Shown: positions 59,836 to 64,000 of the stretch, in pieces | Layout of the letters: every line of letters begins with the position of its first letter | Position numbering within the stretch: position 1 is the stretch's first letter | DNA from: an uncultured delta proteobacterium | GTDB taxonomy: Bacteria; Desulfobacterota; Desulfomonilia; UBA1062 | Assembly (NCBI GenBank): GCA_963798485.1 | Contig: CAWCTR010000023.1 | Span: forward strand, 64,001-128,000 | DNA length: 64,000 nucleotides | Direction: 5' to 3' | Program-made: the position numbers and the translations under genes | Notes under the pieces: generated by a model | Database searches by the model: none | What the model was told of the DNA's origin: nothing | What the model saw: the letters and a program-made list of their open reading frames with translations, nothing else

Positions 59836-61053
59836 TCATGAGCGGTTCATGGACAAGAGCATGTAGACCACGTCAGCCACGCGAGCGGCCAAAAGCGGTG
59901 GAACGGCGTTGCCGATCTGCTTTGCTATCTCAATCTTCGAACCCATGAATATGAAATCATCGGGAAAGGATTGCAGCCTTGCCGCCTCACGGTGCGTTAT
60001 GGGGCGATGCTGCTCGGGATGCAGGTATCGACCCTTCTCGGGCTTGAAGAACTCGGTCCTGATGGTAAAAGCCGGCTTGTTCCACCAGAGCCTCCCGAAG
60101 AGGTCGGTGCCGCCGGACTTCTTCCGGATCCGACATGCAGGGGTCATCTCGGGCGCCTTCTTCTGCAGATCGAACCGATTCATTCCTTCCTTGGGTATGG
60201 CCTTGTACCTGGCAAGGCTCATAGGTGTGGGGGAACGCCCGAAGTGGAGGTCGAACGGCGGATCTTCATTGCGGATCTCAGTACCCACGGGTGAGGGCAG
60301 ATCGCCTATCAGATCCCGAACGGTCCGCCATCTCTCCGAGTTCGGAAGATATCCGTTGTTTTTCGTATCGAGTAGAGAGACTTGAACCGCTCCTTTCGAG
60401 GGGTCGAAATGAGTCTTCCTGGGGGGGAAGACCAGGGCCGGATTGAAAAACGTACAGCCGATGATGAACGCCCTTTTCCTTGTTTGGGGAACGCCGTAGT
60501 TCGCTGCGCAAAGAACATCGCTCCACACGTGAAAGCCGGCCTCCTCGGCCATACCGATGATCTCTCCGTGCTCGAAAGAGCCTAACAACTGCGGGACGTT
60601 CTCCATGACGAAGATTTTGGCCTTGGATCGCTTGACCACTTCGAAATATGGGCGCCAGAGTTCTTTCCGTGGGTCCGCTTCACGATTTTTATTCAGCAGG
60701 CTGAATCCCTGGCACGGTGGACCGCCGATGACAACATCGGCCTCGGGGATATGTGTTGCAGGGTCGTTCAGAATGTCCACGATGTCGCCGGAGATGCAGT
60801 GGTCGCCGAAGTTCTGGTTGTATGTGCGGACGCAGAATGCATTGAAGTCGTTTGCCCATATGGACACGAAGGCATGCCCGAACCTTTTGGAAAACCCTAG
60901 GCTCATGCCGCCTGCACCTGAGAACACGTCAATCAGACGATAGGGTTTTGACGGCTGAGAAAGCTCCCCGTTGACCCTGGATTCGTAGACATGTTGTTCC
61001 TCCCGAATCAACCAATCATCATAACATCTTTCCTGCACTGCCGGATATTTCAT
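59836..61053 (-). CDS. DNA (cytosine-5)-methyltransferase
   Basis: FSGAGG, GGPPCQGFS, ENV, Q.RKR, REAARLQSFPD, QIGNAVP. Confidence 0.95.
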   Translation of the reverse strand: MKYPAVQERCYDDWLIREEQHVYESRVNGELSQPSKPYRLIDVFSGAGGMSLGFSKRFGHAFVSIWANDFNAFCVRTYNQNFGDHCISGDIVDILNDPATHIPEADVVIGGPPCQGFSLLNKNREADPRKELWRPYFEVVKRSKAKIFVMENVPQLLGSFEHGEIIGMAEEAGFHVWSDVLCAANYGVPQTRKRAFIIGCTFFNPALVFPPRKTHFDPSKGAVQVSLLDTKNNGYLPNSERWRTVRDLIGDLPSPVGTEIRNEDPPFDLHFGRSPTPMSLARYKAIPKEGMNRFDLQKKAPEMTPACRIRKKSGGTDLFGRLWWNKPAFTIRTEFFKPEKGRYLHPEQHRPITHREAARLQSFPDDFIFMGSKIEIAKQIGNAVPPLLAARVADVVYMLLSMNRS

Positions 61054-61229
61054 GACTTGATATTAGCATGAATGGTTTTATACATCCATGCCTAGAACAA
61101 AAAAGCCATACGAGGATAAAGTAAAATCAGAAGACACGAACCGTCTCAATAGTCTTCAGCATTCCCTCTTTATCTGTTGTATGCCGTGGTTAAACCGACA
61201 TAATCATGTAAGACCCTAGAAGCCTGCAA

Positions 61230-62298
61230 TTATTTTAAAGTAATGGCCTTCTCAGGGCATATTTCCTGGCAGCAAAAACAAGAAATACATATCTCGGAGT
61301 CCACTTTGGGGATGTTGCCGTCCATAGATAATGCGGAGACGGGACATTGGTCTACGCAGGTGCCGCACCCTGTGCACAGCTCAGGATCTGCTTGCGGCCG
61401 CATAATCATGCGATTGTGTATCATTGCCTGCATGGCTTCGTTGTGCAGAACTATTTCTCCGTCAAAGGGGGGCAGCTTGAATCCCGGGAGCTGTTTCAAC
61501 TCGCCTATGACCTCGATCGTACCCAGGTCGTAATCCCCCAGGCCAACCTCTTTAGCCTTCCGGAGGAAGCGCAGTTTACTCGGTTCACACCCCATCATGG
61601 TCGCTATGACGGCATCCAGGGCTACCGCATTATCCGAGGCCAGGACCAGGCCGATGTCTCTCAGATCAGGAGAAGCCGGGCCATTCCCCTCCATACCGAC
61701 AACGGCGTCCACGATGAAAAGATCGGGCACCCGAAGCCGGAATACATCCACCAGCATTTCATGGAACCGTCCGGCATTACCGGACGCCTTGTGCAGCATG
61801 GCCTTCTGGGCCCCGGGCAAAAAGCCATAACTGTTCTTGATGCACCCGGTCATGACCGTTAAGCCGTGTGTCTTGAATTTCGGCAAGCTGATGATGATAT
61901 CCGCATCCAGCACAGCCTTCGACACACTTACGACCGGGGAGAATGCCCTGTTGAAAGGGACCTTTTTCGAATCGTTCCCGATGTTACGGTAATAACCCTT
62001 GGCCGCTTCCATGAGCCCTGTCTTTTGAAAGCTGTCTTCATTGGCCCCATAATTGAAAAGGCCCGGGTTATCTCCCACAACGAGGCCTGCAGGTTTGAGG
62101 GTTTCCACTTTTTCCACCACTGCACGAAGGACTGTAGGATGGGTGGCGATCCCTTCTTGCGGCAATAGAAGCCCGAAGGACATTGGGCTTAATAAGCACC
62201 CGTTTATCGTTTATTTTTATAGGGAAGAGCTCAAAGGCTTGGTCTACAGCCTGGCGGACACTTTCATAAGTTGCAGGATGGATCATTACCTTCGCCAT
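61230..62298 (-). pseudogene. DUF362 + 2x[4Fe-4S] protein, split by a single extra base near 62160
   Basis: The 62298 frame gives ...VLIKPNVLRASIA; another frame continues QEGIATHP...PKFKTH...KN...CTGCGTCVDQCP...CISCFCCQEICP. Confidence 0.82.
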
Positions 62299-62320
62299 TG
62301 TCTGTGCCTCCCTTTTCAGC

Positions 62321-63067
62321 TTAGAGCTGAATCCTGGAGAAAAAATAACTCCCGATCAAGAGCATGATCGCTGTAAGAACGCCCAGGACGACAAAATCCG
62401 TCCCTAATCCAAAAAGGAACCCGTGACTCATGGACCCCCGGAGCCCATCGACCCCGTAAGAAAGGGGGTTGAGATGTACTGCAATCCTCAATGCCTTTGG
62501 AAGGTCCTGAACCGGGAACAGGGCCCCTGAAAAGAAAAAGATCGGCATCACTAAAAAATTCATGATGAGAGGAAAGGCATGCAGATCCTCAAGGATCGAA
62601 CCAATGACGGTTCCCACGGCGGTAAACAAGACGGAAATGAGAAACATAAAGATGAGCGTGACCGGCAGGAGCGCTATGTTCTCGATTCGAAAACCTGCAA
62701 TAAAACATACCAGAAAAACGATGAGTCCTTGAATAAGCGCAACCGCTGCGCCACCCAGGTTTCTGCCCAAAACGATCTGAAGGCGCGATACAGGTGCGAC
62801 AAGCGTCTCTTTCAAAAACCCGAATTGGCGGTCCCAGATGATCTCAATACCTGAAAAGACCGCAGTGAACAGGATTCCCATGGAAATGATGCCAGGGGCC
62901 AGGAACTGGATATAATTTCCTCCACCCGCTCTTTCATAAGTCCGGCCAAAACCGAAACCCAGGGCCACAAGGAACAGCAAGGGCTGACCGAGCGATCCTA
63001 TAATCCGGGCGCGGGCACGGGCATAGCGTTTCAATTGTCTCAAAGCCAGTATATATATTACTTCCAT
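62321..63067 (-). CDS. ABC-2 type exporter permease (DrrB-like)
   Basis: FLAPGI, DRQFGFLKETLVAP, FFSGALFP, NPLSYGVD. Confidence 0.92.
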   Translation of the reverse strand: MEVIYILALRQLKRYARARARIIGSLGQPLLFLVALGFGFGRTYERAGGGNYIQFLAPGIISMGILFTAVFSGIEIIWDRQFGFLKETLVAPVSRLQIVLGRNLGGAAVALIQGLIVFLVCFIAGFRIENIALLPVTLIFMFLISVLFTAVGTVIGSILEDLHAFPLIMNFLVMPIFFFSGALFPVQDLPKALRIAVHLNPLSYGVDGLRGSMSHGFLFGLGTDFVVLGVLTAIMLLIGSYFFSRIQL

Positions 63068-63852
63068 TACCTCCCCCACACCTTTCCTATCGTTCTCATT
63101 CTGTCCGTGGAAGATGCCTCCTCATCCCGAATCGCATACCCTGTTAAGGCAATGAATGCTTCTTCAAGCGATTGGGTTTGGGTTTTCTCCTTCAGTGCTG
63201 TGGGCGTACCTTGTGTAATAATTTTTCCTTGATCGATAACGGCAAGTTCATCTGCGACACGCTCTGCTTCCTCCATATAATGGGTGGTAAAGAAAATCGT
63301 GATATTCTGTTCTTTGTTTAACAGACGAATGTAATTCCATATATGCATTCGTGTTTGAGGGTCAAGACCCAGCGTCGGTTCATCAAGAAAGAGGATCTTG
63401 GGTATATGCAGGAGTGCACGGGCAATTTCAAGCCGTCGTTTCATGCCGCCTGAGAAGTTCTTTACAAAATCCTTCCTGCGGTCCCATAGTTCGACAAACT
63501 TGAGCAACTCATCAATTCTGTGCTTTCTTTCCTTTGAAGGAACGCCGTAGAGAACACCATGCAGCTCAAGATTTTCCGATGCCGTTAATTCGCTGTCTAA
63601 ACTCGGATCTTGAAAGACAATCCCAAACGAGCTCCGTACCTGGTGCTGATCGTGTAGAGGATCATGCCCATCCACCAGGATTATCCCGCTGGTCGGCTTC
63701 AAAATAGTTGTGAGCATCTTGATGGTAGTCGTCTTACCTGCACCATTGGGCCCGAGAAAACCAAAGATTTTTCCTGTGGCAACATTGAAGGAAATATGGT
63801 TTACGGCGCAGAACTCTCCGTAGTTTTTCACAAGATCACGGACTTCAATCAT
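63067..63852 (-). CDS. ABC exporter ATP-binding protein (DrrA-like)
   Basis: GPNGAGKT, FSGGMKRR, LDEPTLGLD, TTHYMEE; start placed at ATG 63852. Confidence 0.92.
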   Translation of the reverse strand: MIEVRDLVKNYGEFCAVNHISFNVATGKIFGFLGPNGAGKTTTIKMLTTILKPTSGIILVDGHDPLHDQHQVRSSFGIVFQDPSLDSELTASENLELHGVLYGVPSKERKHRIDELLKFVELWDRRKDFVKNFSGGMKRRLEIARALLHIPKILFLDEPTLGLDPQTRMHIWNYIRLLNKEQNITIFFTTHYMEEAERVADELAVIDQGKIITQGTPTALKEKTQTQSLEEAFIALTGYAIRDEEASSTDRMRTIGKVWGR

Positions 63853-64000
63853 ATCAGTTACCTTCAAATTACTGGCTGCGCCCTGTAATATTCTCCCGGT
63901 ACTGGTGAAAATACCCCTGTCAAGATGATACATCCTTGCCTCGCCTTGGGCGAAGCCGGTATGCACGAAGAAGCAGTGCGATAGCAAACCATCCGCTTAT

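Noticed and set aside
57790-64000. Integrative element with attL/attR at tRNA-Ser
   Set aside because: No integrase and no duplicated tRNA 3' end seen within the window (could lie beyond it).

Overview
Mostly core chromosome of an anaerobic Gram-negative bacterium. Gene content and style suggest Desulfobacterota/'Deltaproteobacteria' (inference). Housekeeping blocks: larC (partial), acyl-CoA/thiolase metabolism, recD2, xerC-hslVU-yhaM, a long ricT/PSP1-metG-(hyp-HDOD-GGDEF)-purB-pyrE-tsaD-rsmA run, exbBD, receiver-glgC-rimO-kdsD, ssb, rph-rdgB, archease-rtcB, rplY, greA, rmuC, ftsEX-envC-ctpA, a NusG/RfaH paralog, hflX, an AsmA/YhdP-like gene, serS and tRNA-Ser(TGA). Two accessory patches: (i) ~27.3-33.2 kb, AT-rich, with an isochorismatase-like gene, a LarA-family racemase and a large secreted DUF4038 protein carrying a 669-bp internal duplication, plus a 19/20-bp motif repeated at two points; (ii) a defence islet after tRNA-Ser with higA, a decapitated higB, a KpnI-like HNH nuclease with a doubled N-terminal domain, vsr and a C5 methyltransferase. 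The most interesting signals concern gene expression: hflX appears to start at ATT, at least six genes look leaderless, greA has a leader terminator, and the archease-rtcB ribosome-binding site sits in an anticodon-like stem-loop. Two genes (archease, DUF362) carry single-base frameshifts. No CRISPR array, rRNA, prophage or intact transposase was seen. I cannot claim a clearly new multi-gene system; all family assignments are from motif recognition, not database searches.
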